Shown here one piece after another: positions 28,770-44,204 of a stretch of 64,000 nucleotides of DNA. Origin of the DNA: Octopus vulgaris (lineage: Eukaryota); NCBI GenBank assembly GCA_951406725.2, contig OX597820.1, forward strand, positions 111,042,001 to 111,106,000, written 5' to 3'. The position numbers and the translations under genes were made by a program. Below the pieces are notes generated by a model, which saw only the letters and a list, made by a program, of their open reading frames with translations, ran no database searches and had not been told where the DNA came from. Each line of letters opens with the position of its first letter. The first letter of the stretch is position 1.

Positions 28770-29520
28770 TTTCATTTATTGGCCACCAGGGCCGGCATAT
28801 AGGGAACAATACAGTAGACATGAACAGTGGAGACTTTATACATAATAACGAGTGCACAAAACAATGATAATAATATCAAGAAAAAAAGAATATAACAATG
28901 GAAGTTCTCCAATGGGGGTGGGTAACCACCTGGAGTTGGCTCAGCACCCCACCAATCCTGAACCTATAGGTACATTATTAGAGTAGGTCTATTCACACGG
29001 GCCATTTTCGTTACATTCACCCAGCTTTTAGAAAATGTACTGGGAGGCAACACTTCTCTCTCCACCCTCATCTTCCCTTCCAAGTGAAATTTGAAAAGGT
29101 TGATGAGGGATTGACCGAAGAGAAAAGTGTCTGTCTTCAGTCCTTTCAACCTGGTCCACCATACAACCTCTTTAGCTACTGTTATCAGACAGAGGAAAAT
29201 TGCCCGCACTTCCAGACCAATGGAAGGCGGCGGATCGATCTTCACTACGGACTCGGCCGATAGCCGGATCCATCCTACACTTGATGACAGCTGCTCAACC
29301 TAACTCCACAAGTCAGTAATGCAAGGACACTGGACGAGTGCGTGAACAACAGTTTTGCCGCTCTACCCGCAATTCGGGCAGGTCCGTCTGACAGCACTTC
29401 CATGCCTGTAGAGTTTATCTCGAACCGGCAGTGTCCCCCTGTAGTACTGCCAAGCTACTGATTTCCGGAAGTTATCCATCGTCCCAGGCTCGAAAGACCT
29501 CCTGAACAGACTGGTCAGTT
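28770..29520 (-). mobile_element. Tx1/L1-like LINE 3' end
   Basis: ORF2 C-terminus (AKEVVWWTR, FKFHLEGKMRVERE) homologous to 10140-10310; AATAAA then runs into (ATT)n. Confidence 0.8.
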
Positions 29521-29659
29521 CGATAAAAAAAAAATTTGTATTGTTGTTACTGGATTAGCGAAACAATTATGAGAATGAAACCAAGAGATAAGCCCGCTTT
29601 CCCGGGAATTACCGGCCATGTCACCTGGTTTATGTATGTGTGTGTGTGTGTGTGGATAT

Positions 29660-29713
<54 letters not shown>

Positions 29714-29760
29714 ACCTATATATATGTATATATATATATGAGTGTGTATATATATATATG

Positions 29761-29833
<73 letters not shown>

Positions 29834-30014
29834 TATATATATATATATACATATATATAGGTGGATATATATATATAAATATATTGTATAGAGGGCATTA
29901 TTACACATAAATGCCTCACACTAGGAGGGACAAAGTGATTACTACCAAAATTATACTAATCATACCCAAATGCAGTTTTTCAAAGCAAGACATTTAAAAA
30001 TGAATTATGTTCTG

Positions 30015-30053
<39 letters not shown>

Positions 30054-30232
30054 ATATCCACACACACACACACACATACATAAACCAGGTGACATGGCCG
30101 GTAATTCCCGGGAAAGCGGGCTTATCTCTTGGTTTCATTCTCATAATTGTTTCGCTAATCCAGTAACAACAATACAAATTTTTTTTTTATCGAACTGACC
30201 AGTCTGTTCAGGAGGTCTTTCGAGCCTGGGAC
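29481..30232. repeat. Exact ~210-bp inverted duplication
   Basis: 29481-~29690 is the reverse complement of ~30020-30232. Confidence 0.9.
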
Positions 30233-31439
30233 ACCTATATACACACGCCCACACACCTACATACACACACATATACACACGCCCACACAGCTACATACAC
30301 ACACATACATACACACATACACGGACACACCCATACATACTTACATACATACACCTATACACACACGCCTACACACCTACACACACACATGCATACACAC
30401 ACACATGTACGCACATACACACACATATACGCACACACATATATACCTACACACATGCACACACACACACATACGCACATACATGCACGCATGCACACGC
30501 GCACACCTACACGCATACACACACACACACGCACGTACACATACATACATACACACACGCATACATACACCCATACACATACATGCATCCTACACACACA
30601 TACATACACACTCACACATACATACACACACACGCACTCACTCACACACCTGTATGTTCGCGCACACACATGCACATACACACACTTCCCCACACCCACA
30701 CGTACATACATACACACTCATACACATACACACACACACACACACACGGACATACATCTATGCACACACATATATACACACATACTCACATACATTCATC
30801 GGACACACTGCCACCCAGACATACACACAGACACACTCACACATCCACACACACACATACGTACGCGCTCACTCGCAGGCGCGCGCACACACGCGCTTGC
30901 GCCGGCTCGCGCACGCATGCGCGCCGCATGCACCTCGCCCTTGGACCCGACGAGACCTCCCGCCCGTTCCTGGGATGTCGCTTGTCGTTGGGTTTTCCCA
31001 CGCCCGTCTCCGCGGGACCACTCTTCCATCTTCCCCTCCGCTGGAGTCCTTTTCCTAAATCCCCCCCTTTTTTTTTCGTTACACACACGCGCACACATAT
31101 ACACACATTGCTTAAACATATACATTACTCTTACACACATTCAATCTACTCGCCACTAATACTACCACGGCACTGGACACACACACACACTACTACTCAA
31201 CACACGCTGGCACGCTACATACGCCCCCACCCCTTCCCCTCCCTCCCTTCCTCCTTCCTCCCTTTTCTTACTACTGACCTTTGTCTGCTATGCTGCTGCT
31301 ATGCTGACCACCGTCTCGCCCTACCTCACACGCCTACACACAGACGTACACACTAACACATACATATATTTTTTGTTTTTTTACCTCGCCTCACACACAC
31401 ACATACACACACGCACACGCACACACTCACACATACACA

Positions 31440-31945
<506 letters not shown>

Positions 31946-31949
31946 ATTA

Positions 31950-32072
31950 TAGCCTTTTGAGTGGATTTCGTACTCGGAAACTGTCGTATATATATATTTA
32001 TATATACATGTACATATACATATACGTATATATATATAAATACACATAGTCATATATGTATGTATGTATGTA

Positions 32073-32152
<80 letters not shown>

Positions 32153-32445
32153 TTTACACGTACACATATTTATGTGTATGCCCTTATATATATCAATATA
32201 TATAAATATATACACATAGTGTATATTTGTGTAAGTCTGTGCCTATGTCTTCTGTTTGTACCCCCACCATTGCTTGACAACTGATGTTGCTGTGTTTACA
32301 TTCCCGTAACTTAGCGGTTTGGTAAAAGACACTGACAGAATGAGTACTAGGCTTACAAAGAATAAATCCTGTCGTTGATTTCTTCGACCAACAGCGGTGC
32401 TCCAGTATGGCCACAGTCACATGAATGAAACAAGTAAAGCAATAA
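31950..32445 (+). mobile_element. SINE family A, 5'-truncated
   Basis: agccttttgagtggatttc...cggaaactg, long internal microsatellite, family tail. Confidence 0.8.
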
Positions 32446-32490
32446 AAATCTGTGCATTTTAATCCCGAGCAAGGCCGGGTATCTCTGATC

Positions 32491-32728
32491 TGAAGGCGGT
32501 GAACTGGCAGAAACGTTAGCACGCCGGGCGAAATGCGTCGCCGTATTTCGTCCACCGTTACGTTCTGAGTTCAAATTCCGCCGAGGTCGACTTTGCCTTT
32601 CATCCTTTCGGGGTCGATAAATAAAGTACCAGTTACGCCCGCCCTGGGGGTCGATGTAATCGACTTAATCCCTTTGTCTGTCCTTGTTTGTCCCCTCTAT
32701 GTTTAGCCCTTGTCGGCAGTAAAGAAAT
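32491..32728 (+). mobile_element. SINE family B, near-intact
   Basis: aggcggtgaactggcagaaacgttagc head, B-box gagttcaaattcc, body tcgactttgcctttcatcctttcggggtcgataa. Confidence 0.9.
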
Positions 32729-32982
32729 ATATATATACTATTGTGTCTGAGGAGAGTCATTCTCTTTTAGTGCCTTATTAAACACACTCACCAGCTTACC
32801 GGTTCGATTCCCACTCATTTGCTTATTTAATTTTTCTAGTCGTTGACTCTGTCCGTTATCGGGACTGGGTTCTTTTTGTTTGTTTGGTTGTGCGCATGTG
32901 TGTGCGTCAGTGTACATGTGTATACACATATGAATGTATGTATGCATGTTTGTATGTATGTGTGTGTATCCATGTATGTGTA

Positions 32983-33034
<52 letters not shown>

Positions 33035-33815
33035 TGTGTGCACGTTTGTATGCATGTGCGTATTTATTCAGCATATTGATGTGTTCATGTTTGTGTGTTT
33101 GTATGTGTGCGCGTGTGTACTTGTGTGTGTGCCTCTGCCTCCTTGTATGTGCATGTTTGAATGTGTCTATTTGTATGGGTTTGGGTCACTATATATGTGT
33201 GCCTGTTATGTTGGGATGTGTCTCCAAATGCATCCTTGTGTGTGTGCGTGAGGTGTGCGTGTGTGTGTGCGTGAGGTGTGCGTGTGTGTATATGGTCATG
33301 TGTTTCAATCTTCATTCGTGTGTGTATGTGTGTATGTGTGTGTGTTTGTCTGTCCGTATTACCTATGTACCTATCTATCTGTTTATCTGTTTACTTACAT
33401 AAATGGATATGTAAGACTTAAAGACTCAGAAGACTTGAAATGTTAGAGAATTTTACCTGGAATGGTAAATACTTTGAAGTGATATGAGTGACGAAAAGTA
33501 GGTTAGTGGAATAAATGTAAGAACAAAAGACAGCCAGGTGATATTCTGGGGGATTGTGGTAGCTATTGTTTGACTACTGGAAGATGGAATTTTTGTCGAC
33601 TGCTGTATTAATTGATGGAAATATATTGTGTACAATTGCAGTGCGTGTGTGTATGTGTATGTGTGTGTGTGTGTGTGTACGTGTGTGAACGTGTGTGCGA
33701 GCCGGTACGTTTTAATGAATACACGTATGTATGATTGGAGGATTATATATAGATTTACATGCACACACATACATATGCGTATATATATATAAATACACAT
33801 AGTCATGTATATATG

Positions 33816-33849
<34 letters not shown>

Positions 33850-34067
33850 TATATATATATACACACATATATATATATATATTTATGTGTATATATATAT
33901 ATATCTGTACACGTACACATATATATGTGTATGCCCTTATATATATCAATATATATAAATGTGTTGCGTGTGTATGTGTCTATGTATATACGTACATGTA
34001 TACATGTATGCATATGTGTGTGAGAGAGAGAGAGAGAGAGAGTCTGTGTGTGTGTGTGTGTGTGTGC

Positions 34068-34148
<81 letters not shown>

Positions 34149-34591
34149 CGTGTGTGTGTGTGTGTGTGTGTGTGCTCGAAACGTTTTCACATTCATGTAA
34201 AATACGATAAAAAGCGCTGTGTGTCTCCAGGGAGAAAGAATTTTTCAACAAAAATAAACACCAAACCTTCATTGTAATCTTTCTGAATAGAAATCATTGA
34301 TAAAGACGATTCAGATTCAGTTCAGTTACAAGGAGGACACTTAAGAAAAAAAAGAGAGAGATGATTGTAGCATAGATAGATAAAGTGTGAGTAGATGAAG
34401 AGTGTTGGAGAGGGAAGGAGAAAGAGGAGAGAGAAAGGAGTGAGAGGGGGAGAAGGGGAGAGAGAGAGATTAAATTATGGAGATGAGAGAGATACTGTTT
34501 TAAATTGGATGATACACAGATTAAGGAACAGCAAAAGGTAGGGAGAGGGGGAGTGTGTAAGGTAAAATTACGTGTCAAAAGCGTGATAGGT

Positions 34592-34634
<43 letters not shown>

Positions 34635-34711
34635 CATAGTGAAAGACAGACGGAAATTTAGAGAGAAGAGAAACTGAGAATTGTCGTTCGAGAGAGACTG
34701 TGTGGCTGTGG

Positions 34712-34789
<78 letters not shown>

Positions 34790-34791
<2 letters not shown>

Positions 34792-37700
34792 AGAAAATAA
34801 CAAGAAATAACAAACAAAAAACGAACAACATACAAACCACCCCCAATTTCAACCACTTAATCAACAACAACCCTCCTCATTATCCTCCATACACTAGAAA
34901 CAGAAATCACCCACAACCAACATTTTTCAACCACGCAAGACTTAACAGGGAACAAGCTGACAGACAACGCATTTATGAAATAGATTACACCAAGAACAGA
35001 ACACGCCAACAACATCCCAATACCAGGCCTAACCACCCCATAACAGCACAAAATAACACTAGAATAAGAAACACAAGTCACTACTACCCCATGACCCAGA
35101 ATTACTGGTCCCCACCGAACACAAGACAAACACAAAATAACACTAAGTCAAGCAACATCCCACATACAAGCAATTCGAAACAAAATTATATCACATACAG
35201 AAATTTTACACACATCACAAACGAAAACACCCATAGATACCCACACACACATAACAATCTGAGGCAACAATACCACCGTTCCCCCGAACCAATCTGCCAC
35301 AATCTCACAGACAACTCATACAAACAAAATTGCACCCAACATTTTTTAGCCCCAGACCATAGACACCAGGACACAGGCTGGAACCTAGTAATAAGGAAAG
35401 ACCGAAGATAATCAACCTTTCAACCAAACCTCTCTCTAACATAAAAATTGACATCCTCTCAACAGGGCTCAAATTTACACCAACTCCACGCAGAGCCAAC
35501 CAAAATGAAGTCAAGGACAATATAACAGAATTCTGCAGAAAATTAAGACTAGCAGAAGCATCAACCAGTTTCAAAACTGAAGATGACTCACTAGTCAAAA
35601 ACAAAAGTGAACACATCCCCCACAGAGGAAGAAATAAAGATCTTGACGAGTTCTGCAGCCACATTGAGAACTTTCCCTACCATACTATACATAAACAGAC
35701 AGTTAACTCAAATTTTAGCACTGCACAATGGAAGGAACTAATAGAACTTCAAAATGATGAAGATATAACCATTAAGGAAGCAGACAAAGGAAGTGCAGTT
35801 GTAATAATGGATACATTATACTATAGAAATCTTGTAATTTCCTTGCTTGATGACAATCAACATTATGAAAAAATCACCAACTACACCCCGCAAAAAATAA
35901 TGTCCTCACTAATTAAAACCCATGGAAAGGAACTGACAACCAAAGAGATTGACTTTCTAACAAACTTTAAATGCAAACCTAGCCTCTTCTATGGTCTGCC
36001 AAAAATACACAAAAGCCAAATTATAAATGAAACCATTAAAAAATCACCAAAGACATACATACACACACCTAACCCGGGGGACCTAAAACTACGACCCATT
36101 GTAGCTGGCCCAGCCTGTGAAACACACAGATTAAGTTTATTTATGGGCATCCTCCTGAAACCCTTCCTTAAACACATCGATAGTCATATCAGAGATGACT
36201 TGGATATGTTAAACCACCTTCCAAAAAAAGTCAAGGAAGAAACAATCATGCTTTCATTTGATGTAGTTAATTTATATACCAGTATACCTCATAATTATGG
36301 ACTAGAGGCAATACAGTTCTGGCTGGACCAATTTCCAGAAGAAATACCAAAATGGATCAGTAAAGAATTCATTACTAAATCGGTTGAATTCATCCTACAA
36401 AATAACCACTTCATGTTTGACAATACGTTTTACCGTCAAAAATCCGGAATTGCTATGGGTACAAGGGCAGCACCAGTCATTGCGAACCTAACAATGGGCT
36501 ACCTGGAAATAATTATATACCAGGAATCTTTATCGACCTTTGGAAACCCCCTTTCTCAATACATAAAAGAGAATTGGAAAAGATTCCTGGACGACTGTTT
36601 TATACTCTGGAATGAAAACACAGATAAACTCCTAAAATTCAAAAACCTATTGAACAGCATCAACCCAAACATACAGTTCATAATGGAGTATAACCAAAAG
36701 GAGCTTCCATTCTTAGATATACTAATTAAAAAAATAAACCTAAAAATAGAAATGGTCATATTTTACAAAGCCACAGACGCCAAACAATACCTACTTTTTG
36801 ATTCATGCCACCCAAGACACACTAAAAGAAACATCCCTTTCAACCTTGCAAGAAGGATATGCACAATAGTGTCAGAACAAAATACCAAGAACTTTAGACT
36901 ACAAGAACTCAAAAACACCCTAATTGACAGACACTACCGAGTTCAACTTATAAAGGATGGGATCAGACGTGCAACAGAAATCGACATAGAAACTTTGAGA
37001 AAAGTTCAACACAACAACACACCTTCCCCGAAAATACTGCCTTACATATCCATATACAACTCCAGAAACAAAGAAGCCTTCACCATCATCACCCAGAATT
37101 TACCAATACTTCATAAGGAACCCAAATTAAAGGAAATTCTAAACATACATAAAATCATTAAAAGCTACAAACAACCCAAATCACTTAAAAAGATTCTCAC
37201 AAAGGCAAAATTGTTTTCTGAAATTACGGATGCAAAAGTAAAAAAATGTGGTAGACCAAACTGCGCAACATGCCAAAACCTTCTAGAGGATCAGAATTCC
37301 TTTTCAAAGAGGGACAAAATTCAAGATCAGATCTAATTTTACTTGTGCTTCTGAAAACATAATTTATGTTATAAGATGCTCGGACTGCCACCAAAACTAC
37401 GTAGGGTCCAGACATCTGCATCGACAACAGATTACATTCCCAGAATACAGAATGATACCCTTTAGTGAACATATTGAGAAATGCGCAAAGCAACTACTAC
37501 CACAATTTTTAATCTTTCCATTCTATTAACGTGCTATTGGAACACCAACACAAATTAGATTAAACAAGGAAACATTCTTCATTGAAAAATATAAGCCTGA
37601 ACTTAACCACGCTAACATTCTTATACAGAGAAACTCATCTCATTAAAAAAGGGGAAAAGAAATATAAAGCGATTATCTCCTTTATACCGGAAGAAATCCC

Positions 37701-37975
37701 TTATTACCTCCCCCTGCCTGGAACTCTTCTTTGCACTTCATAACGAAGACATGACACGATGTAGGTAAAGACATTTGAGAAATTTGAAAAGTTTACACGA
37801 AACCGGTTATTTCTCCAAAAACTATGTTACTATACCCAAAATTTTATAACATTTTTCTAACATAACGACTTAAATATATTCTTTAACCTTATAAAACAAG
37901 CCTTCTGTAGTTTTTTCCACTCTTTTCTATTTTTTATACATCCAACCACGTGCTTTCACACACCAACTTTCTCAC
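34790..37975 (+). mobile_element. Penelope-like element, near full length
   Basis: IINLS and LSTGLKFTPTP N-terminal motifs; RT ORF; frameshifted GIY-YIG (NIIYVIRCSDCHQNYVG) at ~37340-37620; (TA)n on both flanks. Confidence 0.92.
35807..37336 (+). CDS. Penelope reverse transcriptase (frameshift before GIY-YIG; frame extends upstream)
   Basis: FYGLPKIHK, LRPIVA, SFDVVNLYTSIP, GIAMGT, KRFLDD, LPFLD. Confidence 0.9.
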   Translation: MDTLYYRNLVISLLDDNQHYEKITNYTPQKIMSSLIKTHGKELTTKEIDFLTNFKCKPSLFYGLPKIHKSQIINETIKKSPKTYIHTPNPGDLKLRPIVAGPACETHRLSLFMGILLKPFLKHIDSHIRDDLDMLNHLPKKVKEETIMLSFDVVNLYTSIPHNYGLEAIQFWLDQFPEEIPKWISKEFITKSVEFILQNNHFMFDNTFYRQKSGIAMGTRAAPVIANLTMGYLEIIIYQESLSTFGNPLSQYIKENWKRFLDDCFILWNENTDKLLKFKNLLNSINPNIQFIMEYNQKELPFLDILIKKINLKIEMVIFYKATDAKQYLLFDSCHPRHTKRNIPFNLARRICTIVSEQNTKNFRLQELKNTLIDRHYRVQLIKDGIRRATEIDIETLRKVQHNNTPSPKILPYISIYNSRNKEAFTIITQNLPILHKEPKLKEILNIHKIIKSYKQPKSLKKILTKAKLFSEITDAKVKKCGRPNCATCQNLLEDQNSFSKRDKIQDQI

Positions 37976-37997
37976 CTACATATATATATATATATAA

Positions 37998-38095
<98 letters not shown>

Positions 38096-38216
38096 AAATG
38101 AGGTACTTAGAAAATCGGATGGTTTATATTTACAGATATTTATTTGTATATTACATTTTTTATATATATCATATAACTCAGATCATTTCTCCCATTCTAG
38201 TGGGGTTTTCAAATCA

Positions 38217-38291
<75 letters not shown>

Positions 38292-38579
38292 TACACGCAC
38301 ACACATTTGTATGTGTGTGTATACATATGCGTGTGTGTGTGCCTGTATATATGTATGTATGTATGTATGTACACACACACACATGCATATATCTTTGCGT
38401 GTGTATATGTATATGTATATGTGTATGTAGGTATGTACACCGTCATCGTAGGTGTATAAAAAGATGCTGATTTACAAGGAATCCCTCTTAACTCAAACAA
38501 GTTAAACCTTTTTATTTCTGAGAATCTTCCCAAATCAATAATAATTGGCGAAGGAAATATCAGAAAATTGTATTTGTCG

Positions 38580-38642
<63 letters not shown>

Positions 38643-38719
38643 TGTGTGTGTGTGTGTAGAAGTGTGTGTCTATGCATATCAGCAATTAATGTGTGTGTGT
38701 GTGCACGTGTATATATATA

Positions 38720-40076
<1,357 letters not shown>

Positions 40077-40137
40077 TAAACAAGGTGGAAAAATATCAAA
40101 TACCAGTGGTGAGTAATATGCTTTAAGGACATATATA

Positions 40138-40173
<36 letters not shown>

Positions 40174-40622
40174 TGTATGTATGTATGTATGTATGTATAT
40201 GTGTGTCTGTGTATGTGTCGATATATGCATGTCAGTGTGTGTGCCCATGTGTGTATACATGTATGTTACGTATGTATGCATATGTGTGTACTGCGTGTGT
40301 TAGAATCGTTAGTATGAGCATAAGTCTATGTGTGTCAGTGTGTGTGTGTAGAGCATTTTTCCGAATTCAGAACAAACGATTTACAAGCCTATTGACACAA
40401 ATAGAACAATTTCAGATTTATATATGGTCATATTTACACCGTCATATACATTCATCTGTATGTATATATATATATATATATAGATGTATGTATGTATGTA
40501 TGTATGTATGTATGCATGCATACATAATTACACAACTCATACATATATATACCTAAATACGCATATGCATACACACACACATACACATATATTATATATA
40601 GAGAGAAAGAGAATGAGATAAC

Positions 40623-40657
<35 letters not shown>

Positions 40658-40660
40658 TGT

Positions 40661-40962
40661 GGAGGCGAATGGCCTAGTGGTTAGAGCAGCAGACTCGCGG
40701 TCAAGGGATCGCGGTTTCGAATCTCAGACCGGGCGATGTGTGTGTGTTTATGAGCGAAACACCTAAGCTCCACGTGTCTCTGGCAGAAGGTAATGGCGAA
40801 CCTCTGCTGACTCTTTCGCCACAACTTTCTCTCACTCTTTCCTCCTGCATCTTGCAACTCACCTGCGACGGACCGGCGTCCCGTCCAGGTGGGGAACCTA
40901 TACGCCAAGGAAACCGGGAAACCGGCCGTAATGAGCCAGGCATGGCTCGAGAAGGAATAAAC
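40661..40962 (+). mobile_element. SINE family C (tRNA-like head), tail type 1
   Basis: tggcctagtggttaga A-box, ggtttcgaatct B-box; 3' cctgcgacggaccggcgtcccgtccagg...gaaaccggg. Confidence 0.85.
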
Positions 40963-40964
40963 AC

Positions 40965-41044
<80 letters not shown>

Positions 41045-41402
41045 AATAGATTTTTTATGTACACTGTTTTTAATTAAGGGCTTCCAATAGTTTATGCTAT
41101 TAAAATACGTGGTTAGGCAGGTTTTATAGTATGCCTTGCGTCAGATTGCTTGGAGACACAAGGCACGTTATAAAACCTGCTTAACCACGTGTCTTCATAG
41201 TAAGAAACTATCAGTAGCTCTTATTTTAATACAATGTACGTTAAATGATATTTATCTCTCACTGGATGGGGTACCTTTTTTGTTGATCTTACTGTAAGGG
41301 AACAGTAAACTATACAAACATACATATATATATATATGTATTCATGTGTTTCTGTGTGCTTGCGTGTATGTATGTATGTATGTATGTATGTATGTATGTA
41401 TG

Positions 41403-42360
41403 TGCGTGCAACTCGAGTATTCTCAAAAGTGGCTGTCCCCTTGTGCACAATCCTTCTCCACCTGCTACGATCAATAGCTATGCATTCCCATGTGTCAGGA
41501 GAGATGCAAGCATCTCGTAAGGAAGCCTTCAGCAAGTCCTTATACATCTTTTTTGGTTTATGTGGAGGTCATTCTCCTTTAGCTAACTCTCCATAAAAGA
41601 GTTGTTTTGGCATCCTTGAATCCTTCATCCTGACCAGATGACCACTCCATCTGAGCCTTTGCTTTAACACAAGAGCTTCTATACTTTCACACCGAGAGCC
41701 TTCCAACATTTTAAGATCACTGATGCGGTCCTTCCACTTAATGCCATAGATTCGTCTGAGGCACATCTGATGGAAACGTTCCAGTTGTTTAAGGTGGTAT
41801 CGATATGTGACCCACGTCTCGCAGGCATAGAAAAGAGAAGAGAGCACACATGCCTCGTATACCTTTATCTTTGTCTTCCTGCATATGTCTCGCCGACTCC
41901 AGAGGCGCTTTTCTAGCCTTCCGAAAGCAACACTTGCTTTCCTAATTCTATATGGAATTTCATCATCCAAATTGCTATATCTATTACTAGTGCTTCCCAG
42001 GTAGACAAACTGATCAACTACATCAAGTCGTTTACCATACACATAGATATTTGGTACACTATACTGCTTACCAGGGGCAACAACAGTTTTTTTTAGATTG
42101 ACTGTCAATCCTAAGGCAGTGCAAGCATCAGAGAATGCATTCAAAATGTGTTGCATATCAATCTCTGTGTGTACTACTAGCTCACAATCATCTGCATACA
42201 AAAGGTAAATACCGATAAAGGTATTAGTTGCCAATTCTGTACAAGACATTGTAGATCTTTAGCTGAGCTAAAAAGTCACATTCGATCACCACACCAGTAA
42301 CAGTTAAGCTTCGTGCAATGGTCATACTCGATAACGTGGGGGCAGCCATAATAATAATAA
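41403..42360. mobile_element. RTE (BovB-like) LINE with 5' inversion
   Basis: Minus 42208-41403: LLYADD, FVYLGS, LRWSGHLVRM, DRSRWR. Plus 42209-42360: C2H2 finger, 3'UTR, (TAA)n tail. Confidence 0.9.
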
Positions 42361-42785
42361 TGTATGTATGTATGTATGTATGTATGTATGTATGTATGTA
42401 TGTATGTATGTATGTATGTATGTATGCATGTATGCTGGCATGTATGTATGTATACACACGACAGAGAGAAACATATTATAGGTTATATGTAAGTATCTTT
42501 ACATATGTGTGTATGCACCTGTGAGTGTTTGTGTCTTAACTCGTCTGTGCGTAAAAACATATTTGCTGCTATTTAAGCCACTTACTGAGACTGGGAATCA
42601 ATGTATGTATTTATGATTTGAATCCGATTTCAACGTCATCGTTATTCTCATAGGAAGAGAAACACACAGACGCGCGCGCGCGCACACACTCACACATACA
42701 AGCACGCACATGCATACACATAGATACAGACACACATATATACACACACTTACATACACCTATGCACGCATATCACACACACACA

Positions 42786-42859
<74 letters not shown>

Positions 42860-43459
42860 CATATATATCTATATATATATATATACACACTCACATACAC
42901 ACATACACATAGATAGATTGATAGATAGATAGATAGAGAGAGAGAGAGGGGGGGAGAGGGGGGAGAGAGGGAGGGACAGTGGGAGGAATGTAAAGAACTT
43001 GACAGATAGGTAGATAGACAGATAGACACAGACACACATGTATATAAACACATACATGCACATTCGCATACGCTTGTTTATTGCAGCTTATTCACCTCTT
43101 TGTCCTCGGCAGGTGGGAAGCGAAGTGAGAAACTGGAAATCATTAATTTTCAAGGAATAAATAAACTCTACAATTCGTACAGAAGCCTTCCCACCTCTCT
43201 TCTGTCCATTCAAACTCAGATAACGCTTTTTCCGCAAGTCCCTGCAAGCTGATCAAAAAGAGACCAAATGGCTGAAAATGGAACGCTATTCTTCCCATTA
43301 TTCCCAGATCCTCACGGTATCACTCAAGAAAGTTTACTTCAATCGTATTGAAAAAATATCAAAACTTTATAAAGTGTATCTGACGGAAAACCAAATTCTA
43401 TAAAGATATCGATCTCAAAATGAATATGGCTTCCTGAGCCAAAATACGCACCCTCATAG

Positions 43460-43845
43460 AATGATCTGTGCCTGTGAGATAAGAAGCTTCCTTCTCAGCC
43501 ACAAGATTCCAGGTTCGGTCCCACTGCGTGGCACCTTAGGCAAGTATATTCTACTTTAGCCTAGGGCTAACAAAAGCCTTGTGAGTGGATTTGGTAGACG
43601 GAAACTGAAAGAAGCTTGTCGTATGTGTGTGTGTGTATCGGTGTCTATGTCTCTCCACCACCACCGCTCGACAACCGGTTTTGGTGTGTTTACATCCCCG
43701 CAAACGAGACCGATAGAATAAGTACAATGCTTAACAAAAGAATAAGTGCTGAGGTCGATTCATTCGACTAAAAATTCTTGAAGTAGGTACCCCAGCATGG
43801 CCGTAGTCTAATGGCTGAAACGAGGCAAAAATGAAAGATAAAAGA
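43460..43845 (+). mobile_element. SINE family A (another copy at 46050-46420)
   Basis: ggttcggtcccactgcgtggcacc...gtggatttggtagacggaaactgaaagaagc. Confidence 0.85.
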
Positions 43846-44204
43846 TTCTAAGCGAGCTCTTTGTGTTTATTACTATTTTTACCAACACGCAAGTCTCTTT
43901 AAAAAGTCTCGCTGAGGCGAGATTTTACGGCTGATGCCGTGTCTACACTTGTACACTTGCATTTTAAATGTTATTGACTTACTGTTATCTTAATTTAATG
44001 TTGTTTCAAGTACGTATATTGATTGGATTCATAATACAATTTATAAAACAGCTATTAGGGTTGATTAATTGATATTTCATAAAGAAATATCTCAACACAA
44101 TTTCGTTTAGCTTGCATTTTATGTCTTCAGAAAAGTATTTCATGTCAGCTTGCGTGGAAGAACGCAATTTTTATGTACAATGATAAAGGATATTCTCAAA
44201 ATAA

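Noticed and set aside
37750-37812. Hammerhead expected in the Penelope 3' pLTR (CGAAACCGGTTA)
   Set aside because: Only the GAAA/palindrome half is recognisable, with no CTGANGA. The half motif at 50661-50760 has the same problem.
40661-40735. tRNA gene
   Set aside because: It is a tRNA-like SINE head that continues into a repeat body, and the cloverleaf is imperfect.
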